A DNA stretch of 49,598 bases, from positions 1-49,598 of the forward strand of contig MHTL01000002.1 of assembly GCA_001823095.1 (NCBI GenBank). Direction: 5' to 3'. The notes under the pieces are model-generated. The model searched no databases, was not told the DNA's origin, and was given only the letters and a program-made list of their open reading frames with translations. A program made the position numbers and the translations under genes. Numbering within the stretch: the stretch's first letter is position 1; each line of letters starts with the position of its first letter. This document shows, one piece after another, positions 38,229 through 46,685 of this stretch. This stretch comes from Candidatus Vogelbacteria bacterium RIFOXYD1_FULL_51_18. GTDB taxonomy: Bacteria > Patescibacteriota > Minisyncoccia > Phycocordibacterales > UBA9988.

Positions 38229-38894
38229 ATGGAACAGGAGCTCTACACATGGGAGGGTAAAAAAGCTGGCACCGTCACCGTGCCGGAAGAGCTCTTTGCC
38301 TTGCCCTGGAATGCCGACCTTGTGCACCAGGTCATTACTGCTATGCAAAGCAACGCCCGTGCGGGCACTGCGCACGCCAAGGGGCGCGGTGAGGTACGTG
38401 GCGGCGGCAGGAAACCTTGGCGCCAAAAAGGCACCGGACGTGCCCGCCACGGCTCAAGCCGTTCGCCAATCTGGAAGGGCGGTGGAGTGACGCATGGACC
38501 GACTAATGAGCGCAACTATGACCGCAAAATTAGCAAAAAGATGCGCAATAAGGCTCTGCTTACTGTGCTCTCGCAAAAGCTCCGCGACAAGGAACTCCTT
38601 TTTGTGCAATCAAGCGTTCTCAAAGCGCCCAAGACCAAGGAGGCGGCGGCGAGACTCGGCAGTTTAGCCGAAGCTCTCGGGTACCCGCATTTGCGCTACC
38701 TGCGCGGCAAGCGCGCGCTCATCACGACCCCGACTCTTGAGGAGGCGATGGTGAGGAGCTTCCGTAACATACCCAGCGCGCGTGTTGAGGAATTGCGCAC
38801 CGTGAGCCCCCTGGACCTCATAAGCTACCAGTATGTGATTATGGAGAGCCCCGCAGAGAGTCTTAAGGCGCTTGCAGGGCGTGTAAAAAAATAA
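38229..38894 (+). CDS. rplD: 50S ribosomal protein uL4
   Basis: GGGRKPWRQKGTGRARHGS. Confidence 0.98.
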   Translation: MEQELYTWEGKKAGTVTVPEELFALPWNADLVHQVITAMQSNARAGTAHAKGRGEVRGGGRKPWRQKGTGRARHGSSRSPIWKGGGVTHGPTNERNYDRKISKKMRNKALLTVLSQKLRDKELLFVQSSVLKAPKTKEAAARLGSLAEALGYPHLRYLRGKRALITTPTLEEAMVRSFRNIPSARVEELRTVSPLDLISYQYVIMESPAESLKALAGRVKK

Positions 38895-38895
38895 T

Positions 38896-39198
38896 ATGGC
38901 GCAGATTGCACACAACATTAAACGGAGTTCGCAGATGCTTATAAAACCCCATATAACCGAGCGCGCTTCAATTCTCTCTGAAAAAGGCGCGTATGTGTTT
39001 GTGGCGTCAGAGCGCGCGACCAAGCGCGATATCGCGCATGCCGTTAAGGAACTTTACAATGTTACTCCCGTCAAGGTGAACGTCATCTCGGTCCCGTCCA
39101 AACGCCGCATCGGGCGCCGCGGCATCCGCGGTGTGCGTCCCGGTTTTAAAAAAGCGATTATATTCCTCAAACCAGGGGAGAAGATTGACCTCGGATAA
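38896..39198 (+). CDS. rplW: 50S ribosomal protein uL23
   Basis: KPHITE, FKKAIIFLK. Confidence 0.96.
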   Translation: MAQIAHNIKRSSQMLIKPHITERASILSEKGAYVFVASERATKRDIAHAVKELYNVTPVKVNVISVPSKRRIGRRGIRGVRPGFKKAIIFLKPGEKIDLG

Positions 39199-39200
39199 TC

Positions 39201-40043
39201 ATGAAAAGCTACCATCCCACAACGCCGTCCCGCCGTCACATGACCACCATCACCTACAAGGGTGTTCTTACCCGTGGGGAGCCGCACAAAGCGCTTACGA
39301 GAGGGGGCAAGCGCCATGTGGGGAGGAATGCGGATGGGCGCATTACTGTGCGGCATAAGGGAGCAGGGCATAAGCGCCTCTACCGCGAGCTTGATTTTAT
39401 GTACAATAAGTACGACATGCCCGCCACGCTTGAGTCGGTTGAGTACGACCCCAACCGCTCCGGCTTTATTGGCGTGGCGCTCTACCGCGATGGCGAACGC
39501 CGCTACGTGCTGGTACCGCAGAGTATGAAAGCGGGTGATACCTTTACGGTCTCTGAAAAGGCGGAGCTTACGGTAGGCAACCGCGTGCCGCTCAAGCGCG
39601 TTCCTGCGGGAACCTTTATATACAACATTGAGCTCAAACCCAAAGGCGGCGCTAAGCTCGTGCGCTCGGCGGGAAGCTTTGCGGAGGTGTTGGGAATACA
39701 TGCCGGCTCTGTGAACGTCAAACTTCCCTCATCGGAGGTGCGCCGTATCAGTGAGAATGCTTGGGCCTCGGTGGGGGCGGTTTCAAACGAGGAGTACAAA
39801 TTGGTAAATATCGGCAAGGCCGGCCGCTCGCGCTGGATGGGAATCCGGCCAACAGTGCGGGGGAGCGCCATGAACCCGGTAGATCACCCATACGGTGGTG
39901 GTGAAGGCCGTCAGGGAAGGGGGACGCGCCGCGCTAAGAGCGCATGGGGCAAGCCGACGGGCAAGGGGCAAAAAACACGCCGTCCCAAGAAGTATTCAAA
40001 CGTGCATATTGTCTCCCGCCGCAAGGTAGGCAAGCGTAGTTAA
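39201..40043 (+). CDS. rplB: 50S ribosomal protein uL2
   Basis: EYDPNRS, RGSAMNPVDHPYGGGEG. Confidence 0.99.
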   Translation: MKSYHPTTPSRRHMTTITYKGVLTRGEPHKALTRGGKRHVGRNADGRITVRHKGAGHKRLYRELDFMYNKYDMPATLESVEYDPNRSGFIGVALYRDGERRYVLVPQSMKAGDTFTVSEKAELTVGNRVPLKRVPAGTFIYNIELKPKGGAKLVRSAGSFAEVLGIHAGSVNVKLPSSEVRRISENAWASVGAVSNEEYKLVNIGKAGRSRWMGIRPTVRGSAMNPVDHPYGGGEGRQGRGTRRAKSAWGKPTGKGQKTRRPKKYSNVHIVSRRKVGKRS

Positions 40044-40070
40044 TACTCCAGACCAGAGTATAATAGGAAT

Positions 40071-40628
40071 ATGGACTGGAACGTGATTATTCCTATTGCG
40101 GCAACGGTCATTGCCGGTGTTATTGCATGGTTTTTAAAGAATACCATTGAGAATTTGGTGAATACCGACAGGAGGATAGAGGTGAAAGTAGACAGAATTG
40201 AATCGTTTATCAAAGCCGCTTCTAACTCAATCGTCGAGATACAGACTCTCTTGGGCGGAAGAGGTTTTACTATCAATCAGAAACTTGCGTATGCCCCGGG
40301 CAGCCCTCTCAAACTGACTGATTATGGGGAGACGATAATGAATGAGAGCGGGTTCTATACGATTCTGAAAGAGAATGGTGACTTTTTTGTTGATCTTGTC
40401 AAAAGCAAGAATCCGCAGACAAACTATGATATCCAAGATTACTCTATGGCAGTGCTCAAAGAACTGGCAGATGCAAACAACCTGTTGGCAATACCTCTTA
40501 AGGAATATGCCTTTAATGAGGGCTTACCCCTTGAGATCGTACTGAACAGCGCGGGCATTGTGTTGCGGGATGAAGTGATGAAGGAATTGAGTTTTGGAGA
40601 CGCTACCCTTGATAAAAAACCATTGTAA
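40071..40628 (+). CDS. Hypothetical single-pass membrane protein
   Basis: N-terminal TM, SPLKLTDYG and YDIQ segments; AT-richer than flanks; TATAAT 6 nt before ATG. Confidence 0.75.
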   Translation: MDWNVIIPIAATVIAGVIAWFLKNTIENLVNTDRRIEVKVDRIESFIKAASNSIVEIQTLLGGRGFTINQKLAYAPGSPLKLTDYGETIMNESGFYTILKENGDFFVDLVKSKNPQTNYDIQDYSMAVLKELADANNLLAIPLKEYAFNEGLPLEIVLNSAGIVLRDEVMKELSFGDATLDKKPL

Positions 40629-40713
40629 TCTAGTGGGTGGATAAATGAGTTTGATGGCACGGAGCCTCGGGTGTATAATGAATTCAGGTCTTTTTAGTAA
40701 TAAATTCATAGCT

Positions 40714-42924
40714 ATGATACGAAAATTAGTGGTACTCGGTGTTATCGTTATCGCAGTGTTTGCGGTAGCGGGCCAGGCGCAGGCGGCAACCTGCACCCTC
40801 TTGACCGTCAACTTGCGCAATGGGAGCTCCGATGCACTCATTGGTAGCCAGGTAAGCTCGCTCATTCACTTTTTGCAGGAGTCCGGTCATATCTCCTCTG
40901 CGGTTGCGCTGACACCAGGCCGGATGACCTTTGGTCCGCAGACACTCGCGGGACTTAAGAGCTTCCAAGTGTCCGAACGGCTGGCGCCAACGGGGGTTGC
41001 CAATCTCGCCACGCGCTTTCGCATCTTTGCGCGATCCTGCGGGGCAGGGAGTATTACTCCAACTCCCACGGTCTCTGGCTGGCAGGCGGGAAGCCCGCGC
41101 ACAGTCACTTGGAATCGTGCGCTCATACGCGCGGCAAACGTGGAGCTGGCGCTTAAAAAGATTGATACTTCTGCACGCTATGTGATTGCCGCGGCAACAT
41201 CTAACGACGGCTCCGAACTCCTCGTCCTGCCTTCATCGCTTCCTGCTGGCTACTACGACCTTGAGGTGCGCTTTGTGTTCACCTTTGGCGGGAAGAACTA
41301 CGCGCTTGGCTACCCGGCCGCCGCCGCGCGGCAGGTGAATGTGGCGGCAGTAAGCTACTCCGGTGGGGGAGGCGTGAGAGGAGAAAGTAACGCGCAACGG
41401 GAAGAACGCGAAGCGCGCGAACGCGAAGCGGCCGCAGGCTCCTTTGATACCCTCTCGGCGCCCGGGATACTAGTAAACGGAGCCATAGGGACGCTTAATG
41501 TGAGAGGCACTAATATTGCCCGTTATGACGTCATATTTACCTGTGCGAGCAGTTATGCCGCTGCATACCATTCATTAACGGGAGAAGTCTTCTGTGCTTC
41601 CTCGCGTCCGGCATACAACCTTGGAACTATTTCTATTTCTGGTTCCGAAGGGTCACTTAACTTCCAAGCAGTTAACCCTAGCGTTTCTCAGAATGGAATA
41701 ATGACGCTAACTGTCCGTGCCTATAATTCCGCAGAGTCTCTTGTCGATGAGAAATCAGTGACGATTACAGTAACTCCGTACGGAGGAGTATCGTCTTTTG
41801 GGCTTACGGTAGATAAGTCAGGGACTCTTAGCTCTGGAACATCAGTCAATATCACCAAGTCTTACAGTAATCTTGCACGAGTTGAGTCAGTGATGACCTG
41901 TAGCGCGGGGATATCAGCACGGAATATAAGTAATCAGGAACTCTGTAACACAGGGACAAAGAGCGAGGGTGTACCATCGTTTGCGACTGGCGACCTCCTG
42001 TATGCGACTCTCACAAACAGCTCTGCAGTGACTGGCAACATGAGCTACACCGCACGCGGATACAATTCTGCAGGAACATTGATTGGCAGCAGAACGATTA
42101 GCTTGAGCGTGGCGCCGGCTTCTGCACAATCTTCACTCGGCGCTCTCTCGGTGAGTGGCGGTAACACTATTCTCTCGGGCACTTCAGCAAATGTATACCA
42201 AACATTCAGCAATGTTGCCCGGATTGAATCAGACATGCTCTGTGGCCTCGGTGTGAGCGCTATGAATATTAGCAGCAGTGCAAGCCAGAACTGGTGCAAT
42301 AGCGGCATACGCACTGAAACCCAACCATCCACTGCCACCAATCGCTTGCTCTCCTTCACTTTCACCAACAGCGGCCAATCAAACGGCACGGCAGCGCTCA
42401 CTACCCGCGGCTACAATGCCTCCGGCGCGTTGGTGGGAACACAGTCAACAACCCTTACCGTGACGCCGGCGCCTTCAGCCCTGCCGCAGCCATCGCCTTC
42501 TCCTTCCGGATCTTTCAGTTACCTCTCGCTACCTTCGATTATTCTCGGCGGGACGACGGGTACACTGTACGCGAGCGGCAGCGGGATCAGCCACTACACG
42601 GTTGATTTCAACTGCGGTTCCCTTGGCGGTGCATACATTTACCATCCCACCTCTGGAGAACTCTATTGCTCATTCCAGCATGCTTCCATCACTGTTGCCG
42701 GTCCAAACGCCTCACTCTCGTTTCTTGCGATGAACACATCCGGCACAGCCAAAAGTGTTTCGGTTACTGTGCGCGCGTATCGATCTGACGGATCGCTCGT
42801 TGATACGAAGTCAGCTGACGTTAGAGTAAATTCGGCTTCTGCGCTCGCTCCCTCTTCTACCCAATACGGCGCGGTGGGCGCATTGCTCCAGCAGTTTATC
42901 AATCTCATACTTAATTCACGGTAG
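40714..42924 (+). CDS. Secreted surface protein: peptidoglycan-binding-like domain plus four Ig-like repeats
   Basis: Signal peptide; FGPQTLAGLKSFQ...PTG PGBD-like motif; four repeats of about 110 aa, each with two Cys. Confidence 0.8.
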   Translation: MIRKLVVLGVIVIAVFAVAGQAQAATCTLLTVNLRNGSSDALIGSQVSSLIHFLQESGHISSAVALTPGRMTFGPQTLAGLKSFQVSERLAPTGVANLATRFRIFARSCGAGSITPTPTVSGWQAGSPRTVTWNRALIRAANVELALKKIDTSARYVIAAATSNDGSELLVLPSSLPAGYYDLEVRFVFTFGGKNYALGYPAAAARQVNVAAVSYSGGGGVRGESNAQREEREAREREAAAGSFDTLSAPGILVNGAIGTLNVRGTNIARYDVIFTCASSYAAAYHSLTGEVFCASSRPAYNLGTISISGSEGSLNFQAVNPSVSQNGIMTLTVRAYNSAESLVDEKSVTITVTPYGGVSSFGLTVDKSGTLSSGTSVNITKSYSNLARVESVMTCSAGISARNISNQELCNTGTKSEGVPSFATGDLLYATLTNSSAVTGNMSYTARGYNSAGTLIGSRTISLSVAPASAQSSLGALSVSGGNTILSGTSANVYQTFSNVARIESDMLCGLGVSAMNISSSASQNWCNSGIRTETQPSTATNRLLSFTFTNSGQSNGTAALTTRGYNASGALVGTQSTTLTVTPAPSALPQPSPSPSGSFSYLSLPSIILGGTTGTLYASGSGISHYTVDFNCGSLGGAYIYHPTSGELYCSFQHASITVAGPNASLSFLAMNTSGTAKSVSVTVRAYRSDGSLVDTKSADVRVNSASALAPSSTQYGAVGALLQQFINLILNSR

Positions 42925-42971
42925 ACACACATAGCTTCTGTTTTTGCGTCGCATTGTGATATAGTTGAGAA

Positions 42972-43247
42972 ATGCAGAAGTTGCCTCAAATATTCAAATC
43001 CATACTCTGGGCCCATGATTTTGATAAATGTGATCCTGAAAAGATGAAAAAAACCATAATCATTCAAGCTCTTAGCTATGGCACATTAGACCATTGGAAT
43101 TGGATCAGGTCGTTTTATGGAGATGCCGAGATAACAAACATCTTATCCAGTGTCCCAATGACCGAGATCCGATCCAAGACTCGCGCATTGATAGAGACAA
43201 TTTTTAATTTCAATGATTGGAATTATGCACCCAGAGGTTCTAAGTGA
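42972..43247 (+). CDS. DUF6922-like small protein, partner of the nucleotidyltransferase
   Basis: ILWAHDF...IIIQALSYGT...W....YG pattern; overlaps next gene. Confidence 0.7.
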   Translation: MQKLPQIFKSILWAHDFDKCDPEKMKKTIIIQALSYGTLDHWNWIRSFYGDAEITNILSSVPMTEIRSKTRALIETIFNFNDWNYAPRGSK

Positions 43248-43836
43248 AAAAACTAAAGCTGTTTGGGATACGTGTGGTTTTTTGAAGGGTTTTTATTTGG
43301 CAGGTGGAACCGCGCTGGCTCTTCAATTGGGGCACAGGATTTCAGTTGATCTGGATTTTTTTTCCGATAATCCCATACAGAGAACTCTCTTGTCTGAAAT
43401 TGAAGGAATTTTTGGACCGGTACATATCTTGGTAAAAAATAAAGACGAGCTCACCGTTATTGCAGATGAAGTCAAAATAACTTTTCTCTATTACCCGTTT
43501 CTTTTATTACACCAAACAGTGTCTACTGGCGTCGTCCCGCTTGCGAGCGTTAAAGATATTGCTTCAATGAAAGCGTATACTCTGGGGAGGAGACAATCAA
43601 TAAAAGATTATATTGATTTGTATTTCATCTTTTCAAAAAATCTAATTTCTCTTTCGGATGCGATGGGAGAAGCAAGGCAAAAATATGGCGATGCGTTTAA
43701 CGACAGACTTTTTTTGGAACAATTACTGTATTCAGATGATTTAGAAGATGAAGAAATTAATTGGCTCCAAGAGAAGGTCGGCAAAGAAACGATGAGTGAT
43801 TTCTTTTCTGTCTTGATCACACAAGCCAAATTATGA
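43225..43836 (+). CDS. AbiEii/AbiGii-like nucleotidyltransferase (type IV TA-like)
   Basis: FYLAGGTALALQLGHRISVDLDFF, MKAY, KDYIDLY. Confidence 0.88.
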   Translation: MHPEVLSEKTKAVWDTCGFLKGFYLAGGTALALQLGHRISVDLDFFSDNPIQRTLLSEIEGIFGPVHILVKNKDELTVIADEVKITFLYYPFLLLHQTVSTGVVPLASVKDIASMKAYTLGRRQSIKDYIDLYFIFSKNLISLSDAMGEARQKYGDAFNDRLFLEQLLYSDDLEDEEINWLQEKVGKETMSDFFSVLITQAKL

Positions 43837-43917
43837 TTGGACGGGAGCTTGACTTGCAAAGCTCCATGGGTATACTATGAATAGTGCCCTGCGGGGCTTT
43901 TTATTTAGAATAGAACA

Positions 43918-44097
43918 ATGAGCATTGGAAGCTACTTTGAGGAGACCAAGCGCGAGCTTGGTCACGTTAATTGGCCGACGCGCAACCAGTCGGTGAATTT
44001 TACTCTCACTGTTATTGTCTTTTCTGCTGGCATCTCGCTCTTCCTTGCCCTCTTTGACCTCGTCTTCACCTTTATCCTCGGCAAGCTCATCGTGTAA
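43918..44097 (+). CDS. secE: Preprotein translocase subunit SecE (not in ORF track)
   Basis: MSIGSYFEETKRELGHVNWPTR...FD; 59 aa, directly before nusG. Confidence 0.93.
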   Translation: MSIGSYFEETKRELGHVNWPTRNQSVNFTLTVIVFSAGISLFLALFDLVFTFILGKLIV

Positions 44098-44117
44098 GCT
44101 CGCGCGTTTTTATATAT

Positions 44118-44675
44118 ATGGCAGAAGAAGCACTACAAGCAGAACCCTCGCGCGACAAGCGCTGGTACGCCATCCACACCTACTCGGGCTACGAGAATAC
44201 GGTGCTCCGGAACCTTAAACAGCGCATTGAGTCGCTGGGCATGGAAGACAAGATTTTTAACGTGATTGTGCCGATTGAGAAGGTTGTGAAGGTAAAGGGA
44301 GGCAAGCGCGTAACGGTTGAAGAAAAAATCTACCCGGGCTATGTGCTGGTTGAGATGGTCTATGACCCCGAGAGCTGGTACGTGGTCAGGAATACCCCGC
44401 GGGTGACCGGCTTTGTCGGCTCCGGCGTGATCCCCGTGCCTCTCAACGAGCGCGAGGTTGCCGAGCTTTTTGCCCGCATGGGGGACGAGACAGTCAAGCA
44501 TACCATTGAGCTCGTGCCCGGCGAGGCGGTGCAGATTGTAGACGGGCCTTTCAAGGATTTTGAGGGCACGGTCTCTGAAGTGGATACCGACCGCGGCAAG
44601 GTCAAGGTGCTCGTCTCCATGTTTGGGAGAGAGACGCCCTTAGAGCTTGATTTCTTGCAGGTTAAGAGAATTTAA
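44118..44675 (+). CDS. nusG: Transcription factor NusG
   Basis: WYAIHTYSGYE, YPGYVLVEM, RNTPRVTGFVG, KOW DGPF, FGRETP. Confidence 0.98.
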   Translation: MAEEALQAEPSRDKRWYAIHTYSGYENTVLRNLKQRIESLGMEDKIFNVIVPIEKVVKVKGGKRVTVEEKIYPGYVLVEMVYDPESWYVVRNTPRVTGFVGSGVIPVPLNEREVAELFARMGDETVKHTIELVPGEAVQIVDGPFKDFEGTVSEVDTDRGKVKVLVSMFGRETPLELDFLQVKRI

Positions 44676-44716
44676 GGAGCGTAGCGACTATAAATTCCTT
44701 AACCCCGCCCTCACTT

Positions 44717-44942
44717 ATGTTCTATACATACGTGATCAAACGACAAGGCGAACGTGGGTACTATATCGGCTATACCGCAGATTTGCGAAAAAGGCTCAAA
44801 CAGCAACAGTGCTAGACAAAATTGTAAATTACTATATTATGAGGCCTACCTTACCGAGAGCTTAGCGCGACGAAGAGAGTACAAGCTCAAGCAGTTCGGT
44901 GGCGCATGGAGTTCGTTACGGGAGCGATTAGATATTAAGTAA
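44717..44942 (+). pseudogene. Frameshifted small GIY-YIG nuclease flanked by 10-bp inverted repeats
   Basis: MFYTYVI...YYIGYTADLRKRLKQ, then a 1-nt shift near 44805 into ...LLYYEAY...ARRREYKLK; ACCCCGCCCT (44702)/AGGGCGGGGT (44942). Confidence 0.85.
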
Positions 44943-44992
44943 GGGCGGGGTGGTGATTTTCTAACTCACTCCGTTCGTAAGAAAATCATCCT

Positions 44993-45415
44993 ATGGCAAA
45001 AAAAGTTACCAAAACAGTTAAATTGCAAATTGCAGGCGGCAAAGCAACACCAGCGCCGCCGGTGGGCACCGCGCTGGGGCCGACCGGCATCAACATTGGC
45101 GACTTTGTGGGCAAGTTCAACGCGGCGACGGCGCAGATGGCGGGGGACATCGTCCCCGTGATTGTAAGTATCTACGATGACCGCAGTTTTGATTTTATAT
45201 TAAAAACACCGCCAGTCCCGCAATTTATTTTGAAGGCCGCAAAAATTGATAAGGGAGCAGGCAAAACAGGCATGCAAAAAGCGGGGAGCATCACCAAGGC
45301 GCAGGTGCGCGAGATTGCGGAAAAAAAGATGGTGGACTTGAATGCCAAAGATATTGGAGGCGCTATGCATATGGTCGCGGGCACTGCCCGCTCAATGGGG
45401 GTGGAAGTAGTCTAA
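44993..45415 (+). CDS. rplK: 50S ribosomal protein uL11
   Basis: GKATPAPPVGTALG, KTPP, AGTARSMG. Confidence 0.98.
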   Translation: MAKKVTKTVKLQIAGGKATPAPPVGTALGPTGINIGDFVGKFNAATAQMAGDIVPVIVSIYDDRSFDFILKTPPVPQFILKAAKIDKGAGKTGMQKAGSITKAQVREIAEKKMVDLNAKDIGGAMHMVAGTARSMGVEVV

Positions 45416-45457
45416 GACACCGAGTGCTCAAATTCAAATTCCCAACACTCGGTGTCT
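45415..45457. repeat. 12-bp inverted repeat after rplK
   Basis: AGACACCGAGTG / CACTCGGTGTCT. Confidence 0.6.
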
Positions 45458-45534
45458 GCCAAGACTTGCAAAAGGCAAGCTTCTTCTGTATGACGGAGGG
45501 AGGAAAACGATCTTTGACGTGAAAGGAGCGTAGC

Positions 45535-46641
45535 GTGAAGCATAAAAGGAGGTACGAAGGAGTCCTGCCGCGACAGATGCTTGTTGATCTTATTCGCACC
45601 GGCTACATTGCTGGTGCGGTAGAGGCCCAGGCAAATCCGTCATCTATTGATCTCTCACTTTCAGAAGAATGCTACCGTGTGGAAGGGATCGTACAGCCGC
45701 GCATCGGTGAGCGCGTTGCAGATCTGCTTGGCTGTGTGGGAGCTATTCCCCATGAGCTCTCACACCCTATGGAGGTTGGCGTCTCGTACCTTGCGCGGCT
45801 CCGGGAACGCCTGCGCTTGCCGCGAGAGGTCTATGGCTACTGCAATCCAAAATCCAGCACGGGCAGGAATGATGTGCACGTGCGCGTGCTTGCCGATGGC
45901 GTCCCGCGCTTTGATGCGGTAACGCCGGCGGGGCACAAGGCGGAGCTCTGGCTCGCCATCACCCCAAAGTCCTTCCCGGTGGTGATCCATCCCGGAGAAC
46001 GTGTGGCGCAAATGCGTCTCTTTACCGCGAACACGCGCTTCTCGGAACTGGAGCTTGAGGTGGAGATAAAGCGCAACTCGCTCGTCTTCTCTCCGGGCGG
46101 TCGCCCTTTAGAGTATGATGACCTTAAGATTACCGATGCCGACGGGTCGGTGCTCCTCACCTTGAGTTTGCGTAACGGCGCAATAGGCTACCGGTGCCGG
46201 CGGCCGTCCCGCGTGCTTGATTTTTCACAGCGCGGCTACTGCTGGGAGGACTATTTTGAGCGCATCCGTGCCGAGGAGGGGATGCTGCGCTTGCGCCGCG
46301 GCGAGTTCTATGTGCTTTCAACGCATGAGTGCGTTTGCGTGCCGCCCCATCTCTCCTGCGAGGCGGTGGATATGGACTCGCGCACCGGAGAGTTCCGCTC
46401 CCACTATGCCGGCTACATTGATGCCGGTTGGGGTTTTGGGAAGAATGGGAAGGGGAAGGGTAGCCCCATTACCCTTGAAGTGCGCCCTTTTGAGGATCTG
46501 GTTATCCGTGAATGGCAAGCCTTTGCTAAGATTCGCTTTGAGCGCATGGCGGCGCTACCTGACGCGCACTACGATGAGCTAGCCACCTCACACTACCGCG
46601 GCCAGCGCGGCGCCCGCCTCTCCAAGCACTTTGCGCAATGA
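45535..46641 (+). CDS. dcd: dCTP deaminase, long two-domain form
   Basis: NPSSIDL, NPKSSTGR, HYAGYIDAGWG, TLEVR, YRGQ..RLSKHF; next to thyX and tmk. Confidence 0.88.
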   Translation: MKHKRRYEGVLPRQMLVDLIRTGYIAGAVEAQANPSSIDLSLSEECYRVEGIVQPRIGERVADLLGCVGAIPHELSHPMEVGVSYLARLRERLRLPREVYGYCNPKSSTGRNDVHVRVLADGVPRFDAVTPAGHKAELWLAITPKSFPVVIHPGERVAQMRLFTANTRFSELELEVEIKRNSLVFSPGGRPLEYDDLKITDADGSVLLTLSLRNGAIGYRCRRPSRVLDFSQRGYCWEDYFERIRAEEGMLRLRRGEFYVLSTHECVCVPPHLSCEAVDMDSRTGEFRSHYAGYIDAGWGFGKNGKGKGSPITLEVRPFEDLVIREWQAFAKIRFERMAALPDAHYDELATSHYRGQRGARLSKHFAQ

Positions 46642-46679
46642 AAAAACCCCTGTCCGCCGCGGCGGACAGGGATATTTTT
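46641..46679. terminator. Bidirectional terminator with CCGCCGCGGCGG core
   Basis: CCCTGTCCGCCGCGGCGGACAGGG between convergent dcd and thyX. Confidence 0.75.
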
Positions 46680-46685
46680 GTGCCG

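Noticed and set aside
44674-45535. 13-bp direct repeat AAGGAGCGTAGCG (44674 and 45523) as element boundaries
   Set aside because: It would enclose essential rplK, and the second copy is the dcd RBS; probably chance or repeat-family similarity
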